The translations under genes and the position numbers were made by a program. This document shows, in pieces, positions 10,236 through 23,536 of a DNA stretch of 64,000 bases (its first letter is position 1; the number at the start of each line of letters is the position of its first letter). The notes under the pieces are model-generated. The model saw only the letters and a program-made list of their open reading frames with translations, did no database searches and was not told the origin of the DNA. Source of the stretch: Octopus vulgaris (Eukaryota); assembly GCA_951406725.2 (NCBI GenBank), contig OX597817.1:119350001-119414000 (forward strand). The letters run 5' to 3'.

Positions 10236-13200
10236 TATATAAATGAAGGAACCTAAAAGCTAATTTAAAATCAAAACTAATTCTAGTGAAATATTTATTA
10301 ATAATATCAGCAAGTACTAATATATCATTAACAATGTAAAAATATTATAAATTACAGCCACAAAAATATTGTTTTATGCTAAAAGCTTCAATAGATGAAC
10401 AAAGACATCTTAGATTATCTAGATATCCAGATATTTTCTTGTGAATGCTTATTTACAAATAAATATCACTGTGATATTGTGACAGGAAAAAATATATCAA
10501 AATGTATTGATTGAAGTCAAGATTTTGACAATACAAATCATTAAAGGCTTTATAAATTAGAAGTGATCCAAAAAACAACTGATATGTACCCAAGTACCTC
10601 ATCACTACCCCTTCCAAGTGGTGTGCATGTGCACATGAGCATGTTTTGCAGAAAGTGTTAGTTGCCCAAAACAATATAGTAATTAGTAGGGACACTTTCA
10701 CACTCAGTTGTACATGCTTCTGTCACAAGAAAACAAATTGTGCAACATAAACGTTTTTTCACACACACTAGCTACTAAAAATTGGAGGAAACCTTGTTTC
10801 ATCATAAACAAGCTTTACAAGTTGAATAAATTTAATTATTTTTCATAATATAAATGTTTGTAGTGGAACAAAGGCAACCAATGAAACCTTAGAAGAAATC
10901 CATAAATTTTTCATTAGCACACTAGATATAGCAGGCCTCCATTTGATCAGAAACTATGCTATTTGCCACGTAGTAATTGATAATATGGACAACAGCATGG
11001 TAGTATTCACTGAGATTCAAATAGTTTGAAGAATTCAATAGTATTCACAGCAATGACAAGTAAGGTGAGCACAAGATTGTTGATTTACTAGTTAGGGTTG
11101 ACTGGCAACCTTGCTGAGAATTTTGATCCGGTACGAAATTTGATATTAACTTTAAAATATTGTGCTTTGTGCAAGTGAGATCAGACAGAAAATTTATTTT
11201 CACAACAGTGTTGTACAATCTGCATACATGCTTCTTAAATGTGTAAATAAGCACTCCGTTCTAGTATTTCTGCTTTCACATGTATGTAATCAAAGGGTTT
11301 GATATCAGTGTTAGCAAAGGGATTTCTTCAGAGTATCTGAAGCCTTAAAAGCAGCAGAAAAATTTTCAATAATTATCAGGAAGGTAGTGGTAGATTTAAT
11401 CCATTATCAGGTTTCATACCATCATCTTGGCCTTAGAGACCTTTATTGGACTGCACTCTGTTGCAAGCATTTGATGGTGGTGTTGATGATGGTGGTGATA
11501 ATGAGATGCAGGGATAATAAAGGTGAGGGAGTGAAGACAATGGTGAAGATGATAGTGGTGATGATGATGATGATAATGATGATGATGATAGGGATGATAG
11601 GATATGAGATACTTGAAAGTTTATTCATTCTTGAAATTATTATTTATCAAGTGTATTGTTTTCTTAAATAGAAATATCAAGCTTCACTGAAGTTTCAAAT
11701 ATCTTACAACACACATGAAAATGGGTAAGTAGGGTTTGAACATGTCAGGCATAATGAAATTAACATTGAAATTAAATCAGATATCTATTTCAGAAGGAAT
11801 ACAAATTAAAAAAGAAGAAAATGATTTTGCTGTTATCTTCTAAGGTTTTTTTTTTTTGCATCATTTCTTAAGTGACTGTTTCTAAATTAGAGGTCATCAT
11901 TTTATAAAAAAATAGCTATTTTAAAAAGAATAGCAGAGAGAGAGAAATTAAAATATCACTTAAAATAATAAGATATATGTATTAAAATATTGCTGTAAAC
12001 ATAGACAAGATAGCCTGAGACTAACATACCTAAAAGATAGCATAAAAACAAACAAACAATGAAACGAAATTGATGTAAAAGAAAATAATATCAAAGAAAC
12101 CATCTCATCCCAGCAAGAATGAAAGTTGTAAGAGTGATAAATTCTTAGTTTCAAGAAGCATCTCACCAAAAAAATATTTTAAAAAACAGAAACATATTTA
12201 AAGCATGACATTGTTGCATTTCTTGTCATGCTACTTTTATTTTTAATTTTCAAGATGGAGCTGGATTAACCAAAATAAATAAATAAAATCTTAATCACAT
12301 TTGGATTTGTAGTGCTTTTCTTCTCACTTTTATTTATTTTTTTAAAATTTAATTTTCTCAGAGATGTGTTAGATCAGCAACTTAAGAATTTTGTATATTC
12401 TTCAGAAACATGTTTTATAGTAAGAGTGTTTTTACTAATTCACAATAAAGAATCAACTTAATACGTCTAGCATATCAATAACATTAACTATTTCAGCAAA
12501 GTGTTGTGCTGAAAAACACAATGCAGTGACTATACTATGGCATATTCATTTATATATTTTGTAATTCATTCAACTCACAGCTTAAACAGAGCATGTCTAG
12601 AATGTTGTTTGTGCTGTGATAGCTGTGAAATATTGTGTGATATTGTTCTTTGAATCTAATTTGAGTAAAATCTTTTACTACAGATTTGTGTATGCCATGT
12701 ACCTTTGAAAATAGCTTTACACTGTATGTATGGTATCTTTCAGATTATTCCAACTTTCCCGGTATTAGGCAATTGAATTGTGAGACATCTTCCTCTCAGG
12801 AGACACATGCCAATCAATAGTTGATTTTGTTTAGGGGAAAATTTCAAATTGTTACAGCAGCCCAACAAAATACTGCAACAAACAATAGGTTGTACCTACG
12901 CACTATATCATATATACTGATAGGTATAGAGCAATATTAACACTTAAACAGTGAATCATGGACATGGCACAATGCAAAGGATGGGATATAAACCACACAC
13001 CTTTGGATGACAGTAAATCTTAAATTTCCAGAGAGATTATGATTTTCATAAAGCAAGGAGAGAAACATATCACTAATGACAATAGCTTTCAAGAAAAAAA
13101 AAATTTTAGCAAAAATGTTTAACAGTTTTTTGAGGTGTAAAACTGATTTTCAAAAAAAATTTAATAAAAGAATGTTATGAAATCTTTTATGAGGATGTTA

Positions 13201-14630
13201 CTAACCTTTTCAGGAAGAAGTTTTTTCCTAGTGTGTGGGTGGTTTTGTAATGTTAAATCCAGATATCTAATATGTATATTGAATGATACACTAAAATATT
13301 TTATAAGATTAATAGACCTCAGTGTTTTAGAGGATCTTTCTTATTCCTTCCCTATAACTATAATATGAAATGCTAAAATACTGTTGAAACAAGAATATAG
13401 CATTTTATACATTAAATCACCTTAACTCAATAACACAGAACAAAACTGGGTGTAATTATGTTGGAAAAATTAAAAATTAGTTTTTCACTTGTAAAGTATT
13501 AATAACAATATAAGAGACTTCTATCAAAATAATTTTACCTATTAACAATTTAAAGTTATACAGTTATATTACGTACCAAAAAGAAAGTATTATCATGTTC
13601 TGTAAAATACTGCATGAGTTCAACATTGGAACCAGATCAAAGGAATTGAAGGAGACCATAATTATGTTGCTAGTGTGCCAGAATACAGCAATACAAATAC
13701 TTAGAAAATTGGGAAATTAATCTACATGATAGATCTATTGTTTCTTATAATATCTCTAAATATACTTTACAGTTAGTTACCTGGCTAACAGCGCTAAATG
13801 AAATAAACAGCTGCCTTCTCACAAATGAAGTTTGTTTAATCAACAAATATATGTGTAAAAAATTAAGAATCAAGAAACAATATTGTCACAAATCATAAAT
13901 GAATCAGAATATGAATTAACTCACCCTATAAGAAACATTATGGAAATGTTTGCATTCACTTACTATCAGGAATAGGCAATTTAAGAGTCATGGAAATGAA
14001 GATATAAAATCTAAAGCACATACCAGTTAACATCCAACTAAGAAATCTCCCATCAAAATACATCTTTCATGGAAAACAGTGATGTATAAAATATAATTGC
14101 AATATTAATACATGGCTAGACTACTAAAGTGTCATAACAAATAAATTAAATAAAATGGTAAAGGTGAGGGTGATGAATAATTTTGAATGTTTAAGTCTAT
14201 TTCTATTCAGTCTGTAAAATATTTTACAAGTATATCTGGTAAATTAATTTGAAAAGAAATCTGCTCACATCTTTAAAACAAATGAGAACTTCTAAGCAAT
14301 TAAAATCATTTCATTTGCATAAGTTGTTTAATATTCAATCTGAAACATTTAAATGTCCTTACTTTTCTTAGTTTTAAACTTCCTTCTATTGAAGCCGCTT
14401 TTGATTTTTTTTGTTTTTTTGAATAAATATTTCTATGTGTCAGTTGCTTCAAATGTCAAGTATATTATTTGAAAATGTCAGCAATTCATTTTAAGAAAAA
14501 AAAATCCAAGCTACTAACAATATATTAGTATCTAAATATATTCCTAAATTCTTGACATATTAATTAAATTCTAAAATTCACAGAAACTGCTGAGTTAACA
14601 GTAATGAAAATTTTTCGTTTATACTATTAT

Positions 14631-14730
14631 CAATAATAATAATAATAATAATAATAATTATCATCATCATCATCATCATCATCATCATTATTATAATTAT
14701 TATCATTATTATTATTATTATTATTATAAA
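14631..14730. repeat. (AAT)n/(CAT)n/(ATT)n compound microsatellite
   Basis: Direct reading. Confidence 0.9.
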
Positions 14731-15491
14731 GATGGTGGTCATGGGGGTGCCAATTGTGATAAAAAGAATAAAGTACTCTCCCTATTGTAATGAGGGTAGT
14801 GTTTGTGATGATGGTGGTGTTAATAATTATGCTTATTATAGTAACTAAGTAAATAATAAAAGTTAAGTCGTAAACAATAGAAAAGTGTTCCAATATTATG
14901 TCTTCATATAAATTGCATTCAAATTGACTTCTATTTGAATATAAGAATGACAGAAATCAATATTTTCATTGTCCAAGATTTCTTCATAAATAGACCACTT
15001 TCTGAAATTGTCATTTGTTTCATTTCAAGGGAAATTTAAACAAAAGCTGTATCATATTAGAATTAGAAATAATATCTAAAAATACTCACTTCATCTACAA
15101 TTATTTAGCTGAGGAATTGCTATGAATATTGATGCTTAACTAACCAAATATTCAAGTGCCTGCCAAAATTGTTTGATAGAATTACTGGAAAGAAATATTA
15201 GTTATCAAACATTCAATTTTGGATTTCTTATAAATGATTAGTTAGGACGGAAAACACCACTTTATTTTTATAAATACATGTTGTTAAGATTACTAAAAAA
15301 GCTTAGTATCCAAATAGTGTAATAATATTTTACACAGACATATATAGATATATTTGCATAATAACTCACTATGGTTAATTGAATTTTGTTCAACTATCAG
15401 ATAATCTATTGGGATTTGCTAAGTTCAAACTTATGATGCAGCAATGGTAAACAGTCAAATGAAAGCTTTTCTTTTCCCTAATCCCTATTGG

Positions 15492-15529
<38 letters not shown>

Positions 15530-17117
15530 GCTTTTAGAATTTCTGGAGAAAGGAAATTAATATAGATCACAGAAACTAAAAATATAATAAAATAATTAAC
15601 ATCTAAACCAATTAATAATAAAGACAATAATGTGAACCATATAATGACATTATTCAAAATAATATGAAAATAATTCATCTTAAAAAAAAAATAACTCTTA
15701 TTTGCAGACATTAATGTAGACATTTGAATATGTTCTAGCTTTATTTTATTCCTTTTATGTAAAATAAACTCACAAAAATCACATTTCTTAGACATTTAAA
15801 CTGTAACAAGTAGTAAAAACGTAATTTATTCAAGGGCTTGTTTCAAAAACATTTGCTTAAAAGAAAAACTTTAAAAATCTAACATTTTGATAATTTCTTC
15901 AAAGTAAAATGGTGTTTGTGAAAAATAAAAAATCCAAGCGTTAGACTAAACTGTTATTTATGGTATTTAGAATATTGCCAAAATTTTTTGCATGGATTTT
16001 TGCATTTCATTACACTAGAGCTAACAAGACAAAAAACTTGGATACATTGTCATCAGATAAATTGACTTCAGTTTCTATATTTACATATGTACATTTCATA
16101 CATGAAGACCACTATAGATAATATTCATGTGACAAACATAAATGACTTATTATTCTGAAAACCCACTAATACACAGCATGATCTGAAACTATTCCTTTAT
16201 ACAGTTTTCTTCATATTTGAGCTTCTTATCTTTGGTAATGGTTGGTGTTGAAACAGAGCCTTGCTCTGGTTTAAGATATACTGTGACATATACAAGTGTG
16301 CTAAATAGGCATGTATATTTATAAACTCATTGCTTCATACAAATGCAGTAAAAGGTCAGTGTAAAAACAATTGTGCTATTGAATGGTAAACTTTTATTAT
16401 TTTCAATTTTTATTGTCATATTCTCCTTTAATGCTTTTCAGCCATTATTCGGTATTTTATTGGATGGTGTTTTTTCAAGGTGATATCTTTTTGCTATAGT
16501 TAGATGCTCTTCCTTCAACTAAACACTTAATTACATGATATAGGAATGTAACGTATTTTGTCAATTACAGATAACATAGTCAGTAATTGATGGCCTAAGA
16601 TTATAGCCATTTTACCTCAATGATTATAATTAGTATTATTATGATACTCATTGTCATCATCCCTGTTGTGGCCATCACCATCACAGCAGTGAAAGTAGTA
16701 AGAGTAGTGACAAGGATAAAACAGTCATTATAATGAAAACAAGGATAAAGATAATGTAGATATTAGATTCCATGAAATAGGTGCTTGTCATTTTATTCAC
16801 AAGTAAACATGTCTCAAATGCACAATGTCATACCAAAAATCACTAATATATATCCAACATAATTTCAGCTTAAAAAGCTGAACAAGAGACAACTATTCAT
16901 CCCCACTGTTCTTTTACCATGAATATCATAAAAACTAGAGCCTTCTATGCTTCCATAAACATTGAACAATCGCAAATAACATATATTCATAACAAATATA
17001 CAACAGATACAATCCTCAAGAATATGCTTCCTGTCATCTCAGTAATCAACTAAGCTAGGAGTTTAACCTCGTATTTACTCAGCCATCATAACTTAATTTA
17101 ATGTTGTTTTCATTCAT

Positions 17118-17330
17118 GGGCAATAGTGCTGGCAGAATCATTAGCATGGTGGATAAGATGCTTAATAATGTTTCTTCTAGCGCTTTACATTCTGAGATCA
17201 AATGATTATAGTAGACTATGCGTTTCATCCTTTTAAGGTTGATAAAATAACTATCAGTTGAACACAGGGGTCAACGTAATAAACCAGCATCCTCTTCTCA
17301 CATTTCAGGCTTTGTGCCAATAGTAGAAAG
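17118..17330 (+). mobile_element. tRNA-derived SINE, family A
   Basis: GCTGGCAGAATCATTAGCA head, CATTCTGAGATCAAAT, TTTCATCCTTT, GGCTTTGTGCCAATAGTAGAAAG 3' end. Confidence 0.8.
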
Positions 17331-17816
17331 AAACAAATATTGTTTTTATACAATTATAAAGTCTCAGAGATAATGAGAAGTCTGGGATTTGATGCCTTCT
17401 CTGAAGGAAGAAATTTTAGATGCTATTCTGAAAACACAGCATCTAAAATTGAAGCAGTTATAAGAATCCAAGCAAATTATTAATTCTCTTCCATGGTAAC
17501 TTACTGTAACACTATTTTACAATCAGAAACAAAAATAACAATAATACTAATAATATTTTGATGGGGAAAATTGAACTTGCTCTATGAGATTCTTTGCTTA
17601 ATGAAAATATTATATATATAAACTTGTAAATAGAGACATAAATAATTCAGTCATGACCTATTTTTCTCTGGAAAAAATATTTGAAGAGAAAAACAAAACC
17701 AAAAAAATGAAGTTTAGTAAAATAATTGCATTACCTCCAACAAAAATATACCAAAATATTATTTATTAAAAATAACTTCAATAACATTCCTATTTTTCAA
17801 AGCTTAAGTATAGTTA

Positions 17817-17875
17817 CATATATATATGGAGAGTGATGTAATTATAAATATATATATTAATATATATATTTATAT

Positions 17876-17942
<67 letters not shown>

Positions 17943-18140
17943 AAGATAGAGAGGGAGAGAGAAGAAAAGACATATAAATATATATATATACACATATATA
18001 TATAGTATAAATACATTCAAATATATATTGTATATTTTCATATGCATTATATATATATATATATATATGAATACACACACAATATATATATATATATATA
18101 TGAATACACACACAATATATATATATACATATATATATAT
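17817..18140. repeat. (TA)n-rich compound microsatellite
   Basis: Direct reading. Confidence 0.9.
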
Positions 18141-21100
18141 ACAGCAATATAAAAAAAGATGACTTGCACTGAGGGAAGGTGGGATACATAGATGAATAGA
18201 CAGATTGATAGATAGACTGAGTGAAAATGTTTATTTGCAGAAATGCCTTTGAAACACTAAAAACTACACACATTTTTCTGTGATGGATTATCTATTTGCT
18301 AATCCTTTATGATAAACAATACAAAATGTGTATTTTAAAACAGATCCAACTTTTCCCATTAATTCAGCAAAATATTAAAAAATGACATTCAGAGACTTCG
18401 CTATAAATTCAGCAATATGTAGAATTCCTAATACTTCGTGTTAATGCTCTTAATAATGAAATATAAGGATATTGAACTATAAAGGTTGAAATAAGTAAAA
18501 ATGATTACTATGGTAACACAAAAGAAATCCTCATGCCTGCAAGATCCGGATTACATGATAAATTAGAGGAGGAAAACTAGAACTACCAAAAGAAATTCTA
18601 GAATTACTGGATGATGATGATGATTACTTATTTAATATTGATGTAGTGAATGAAACTGTAGAAAACTGTTATGAAGGTTGAATGAGCTGTTATATCTGTG
18701 TACTCATAAATGAGGGATTAAGGAAGATGGGTAAAAGTGACCAAAAATTAGAAAGAAATGCAAACAAGAAATTGTACAAACAGAATAAAGAGAAGCATAG
18801 TTAAAGGGGGGTCAAGATGAGAAAACTTCAAAAGAGGAAAAGAGAAGCTGAATGGGACCAGTAACAATGGATATGAAAGTGTTAAACTAGAATAAAATAT
18901 TTGGATAAAGAAGTCTAAATAAAAGGATGCAGTAAAAAAACCTGAAAAGTGGTCACTAAACAATGTTATTTAAATAGAGGATTATTCCAGGATGTTAAAT
19001 AAACTGAATAGTTACAATATCTATGTATATAAACATAGGAAACAAATGAAAAATCATTGTCTTCTTTGATCATCTATTTGCATATTTGTACTTATTTGTC
19101 TATGTGTTCTATTTATCTTTCAAAATAAACATTTAATCAGTATTGTTCAGTTGATAAGCTCAACAAATGTTATACTCTCTATAGTGCAAAACCAGTTGCT
19201 TTTTTTATTATTTAAATAAAAAACTTGACATTATTTGGTAGCTCCAATCAAAACCTCAGAGAAATCTCATCATGGTTTATTTATTCTGTCATGACAGTAT
19301 TATAAAATTGGTATTCAGAAATGTGCAGAGGATACTGCACAAGTAGAATGATCATCTGACAATTCACTCAACTCAGAAAATATAATTCTTGTGAAATTGA
19401 AAAAGTATGTCTACTTATATCTAAGAGTGAAAGAGAAGAGTTATTCAACATGAATAAACAGAAGAATCAGTAAGAAAAAATCAAGTCCACTAAACAATAC
19501 AAAAGCAACTCACAATTTTGGAATCATACTGCTGCTCTGCAACTATAACATAATGGAATGAACATAAAAGGTATCTCTCTGGTATATCTAAAGAAACTGT
19601 TTACCACTCATGGAGTGAATTATCCAAAAGTAAATGTCAACAAGTTGTAAAACTAGGTTTAAAGGAATCAGATAACTTATATAGATAAGCATAAAAATCT
19701 GAATGACACTATTAATAATATAGTCAAACTAAACTCTAATTTAGAACTTGAATACCATGTGCCATCTTCTTAGAAATCTGTCCAGTCTAAAACTCTTACA
19801 AACTGTAAAATAGTACAGTTGAATGACAACAACCGCAGCAACAATAATAGATAAGTTTAGGAAAATGAACAGCCACTCACAAGAAGAAAAAGAAACAGAG
19901 AGCATATTAGCAAAACATATGCTGACCCTTTGCTGAAGACTTTTTCTTTTTGTATTTCTTTTTTACAGTGGCTTTTTGAGTTGAAAAGTTGTCAATATTG
20001 AAATGAGATTTTTTGATTCAAAATAAGGAAATGAATAGAGTTGTGAGCTACAGTACGATATTTTCCATGTTTTCATGTGTCTTTAAGCAAAAATTAGATT
20101 TAAAATTACAGGTTACAGTTTATAGGCAACCCGTGATTTCTCATAAAAATGTTAATTAAAATTTGAATTTGGAAGTGTGAATTAACATTTGAGTTCATAA
20201 TACCTTAAACTTTCCTTCACTACTGATTCGGTCTGAAATTGATATATTTCCCAATTCCAAAACTGTAGAGTTTGAAATAATACTGATATATTACTTTATT
20301 TGCTTAATATCAATACTTCATTCTTTAATTTCATTGAATGCTGGTGGACTCCTCAATTTATCAATTTTCATCTGGTCTCTTACAATGGTGGTTTTAAATT
20401 TCTCAGGTATTAAGTCTTCTTTTGAATCATTAAAATAAGTGACAGTAAAAAGAAAATAGACTTGATTCATTTAAAAATGTCCTTAGTCAAATGCTAATGT
20501 GTTTTTTTTTTCATTTAGGGTGATAGAGATAGCAGCATACCAGACATAATAATCTATGACATTTATTCAAATTTCATTGGAGGTGACTTAAACTTTGATT
20601 GTGATATGCTAAAAAAAATAAGTACCAGTAATACACTGATTTAACTATGTAAATTTTACCCATTATTCACTTAACAAATTTATAAACAATATCCTCTTGA
20701 GTGTTTTGCACCACATGTTATATAATTACTGACAGTAATATTTCCATTTTATTTACCAATGTTTGTTGACAAATAAAGTAACCCCAGAAGGTTTTTTTAA
20801 TTTTTATTTTAAAGAAACCCACTGAAAATTTAATGTTCCAATTCTTTTCCTGTTTCAATACTTCCACATTCACTCTATACATAATCAGAAAACAGTATGA
20901 AGTTATTGCAGAAAGAAAATTTCTTTTGAGAATGTTGATAAAAACTACAAGTTTAACTAATAAACAGCAGCTGCAGAGTAGAAAGCTAATATAATTGTTG
21001 GATTATAAAAATAAACCTTTCAATACTCTTTAAGATTATGGCAAAACCTTACCTGAAATATGAAAATATGTTTTTTCTTATCACAATTCCCTGAAGATAA

Positions 21101-21369
21101 AATCGTTAAAGACAACATACCACTAGATAAACAAGAAAATAAATATCTGAGAGTCACTAAATTGATTGTAACATTAGGAAGCTATAGAATGGGATTAAAC
21201 TTTTAAAACACTGAATTCATTTAATGTTCTGAGAGTTATCTAAAGAAAATTGTGACAAGCAATGTCAACCTCAACAAGCCTGAATCTTAGTATATTATTT
21301 TATAGTTAATGCAATAAACTTTCAAATCAATATAGTTTTCAGAAGAAAAGGATAAAATTAGTTCAAAAA

Positions 21370-22010
21370 GTTAACAAGAAAGGGGCTTCAATCAAATCAT
21401 GATGCAATGAATCATGTGAAGAAGTAGGTGTGTTGTAATGAGAAATCGGTGATGAATGTGGGCCTATAAATGTTGATAAGAAATAGAAGAAATGCATTAA
21501 CAATTTATTTAGAAGAAAGATGATGAGCAGAAAAACAGAAAGGATAGCTGGGATTTAAAGGCTACAATTCATATGTACAGGAAAAGTGGTTCTGTGATTG
21601 TGATTCAAATGAAACAACACTTTTTGGGTACAAACAGCTGGAACACACTTATATAATGAAGCACTAAAATGACAAAAAATGAAGTGATGAAATTAGTTTA
21701 CAGTTGTTAGATCTGACACCAAAAGATTAATAAGTGATAATATGTAATACTAATGATAAAAAAAAAACAACAAAACACTCTTTAACTGTTTATAAAACAA
21801 GTGATATTGTTAAGTTAAAGACAACCAAATGATTAAACAACACAAATCTACAACAATTTTCATGATAATAAAGGTGATTTGAGGCTAATGTGTGGTTACT
21901 GGCTCTGAATATGGCATCAACTTTTGTCTAAAATATCAAATTTAGTTACTGAAGGTAATAAGCTAAAAATGCAAAATAACCAATTTTTGACATATTAGAG
22001 GAATTATAAA
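21370..22010 (+). mobile_element. Possible pogo/Tigger-like transposase remnant
   Basis: About 21595-21661 reads CDSNETTLFGYKQLEHTYIMK, resembling the Tigger motif NCDETGLFWKxMPxRTYI; remainder too decayed to align confidently. Confidence 0.35.
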
Positions 22011-22455
22011 TAGCATTAGTTGTTTCAAACCATTCTATCAATTTAAAATTACTTACAAAACTTATATGTTACAACCACCAAGTTGCTATATTATAGTGAA
22101 GGAACCAGGTAAGAAAATTGCAAGGCTAATAATAAAAATGATTGCCTTCACCACCATAAAGTACACAATATAGTGTGATACAAGAAGATATTGTCCAGAG
22201 AGAGTACCTAGCATACATTCTTAAGATAGAGAAAATATCAACTGACAAGTGTTATTTATTGAGAAAAGTGTAAGACAGATAAACTCCTTATAAAGAACAA
22301 CCCATAAACACTGAAAGGTAATGGGACATAGGAAAATAGCTTGAAATATGTCTTAGAATATTCTGCTTTTATTAGCTGAGAAATGTTGCACAGCATATAA
22401 ACTGCTTCCTATAAAAAATAAAGTGAAAGTTTTAAAGTTATGGAAGTGGGTAACA

Positions 22456-23536
22456 CCTAAACTCTTCACCCAGTTTGAATGAAATGATTTAGTGTGTGAT
22501 GTGGATTTTCCAAAATCCTCAAAAGAATTATTCAGGCTGAAAAAAAAAAAACCTTCTACACCTGGGAACAACATTTAGTTTCTATTGATATAAAGTAAAA
22601 GATCAGTTGTGGTTCCTCTCTATGAAAGATGGCATTGCTATCATGGTGTTAATGATTGGCTACATGCAATGGGATGTCAATATGAATCAGATGAATAGCA
22701 GCTTTTCACTGATAGTTCAAAAGCCAGTTGAATGTGATCTATTTGTTTTTAATTTATTTCAGTTTTATTTATTTATTTATTGAGTAATGGAAATGCGTTT
22801 GCTTTTGTACCAAATGGCAACTCAGTACATCTAAAAGAAATTTATGAAAACATGAAAATGATACTGAAAAAGTGTAAACATTATGAATAAAAGTGGATGA
22901 TTTGTGAAGGTTTGAAAGTCATTTTTGCACTGCTTGGCCAACAGTATGGTTACATTAAATCTCTCTTTTATTTATTTATCATTTTCATTTCTTGTATTTA
23001 TGGGACAGTCAAGTCAAGTAAGGTAGTAAATGAGAAAGGTGTTATGCTGGAAAGAACCAATTTCAATGTGGAAAATTAAAGTATCATGAATAGAACCCCA
23101 GTAAAATCAGGAAACTCATTGCTTGCAGCACTTCATATCAAAATAGATTTGGTGAAGCAATTTGTTTCACTAATTAAGGGAAGCAACTTTTTCAAATGTA
23201 TAAAGAAGTTCCAACTTTACCTTAAGAGAAACTGAAGGCAGGTAGCTTTAATGTGCTTAAGCACATTAATAGGCAATGAACTATTCATGAATTTACAGAA
23301 AACTATTGAAAAAGGCCTTGTAAAATCTGGCTAATAACATTATATCTTCTGGAAGCTAATTTGCAAAATCAGTACAAAAGAATATTTCCTCAACAGCCAT
23401 TAAACTGTTGATTTAGGGTCAGTTAGTGAAGAACGAGAAGAGCATTTTCACCAAAACATAACTATGGGGAAAATGAATAAAGGAATGGAAGTGTAGAAAT
23501 ATGAAGGGTAACTGTTCTTGGTGCCTAATAGGAGAA
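22456..23536 (+). pseudogene. Decayed DNA transposase, Chapaev3-like (CMC superfamily)
   Basis: Colinear motifs across frameshifts: PKLFTQFE*NDLVCD, LFTDSSKAS, NGNSVHLKEIYENMK, WMICEGLKVIFALLGQQYGY, LHIKIDLVKQFV, EKLKAG, LGSVSEEREEHFHQNI. Family name is from recall; TIRs not located. Confidence 0.7.

Noticed and set aside
15090-15184. Minus-strand segment between a good acceptor (TTTCTTTCCAG) and donor (GTGAGT)
   Set aside because: Stops in all three frames; a non-coding exon cannot be supported without RNA data.
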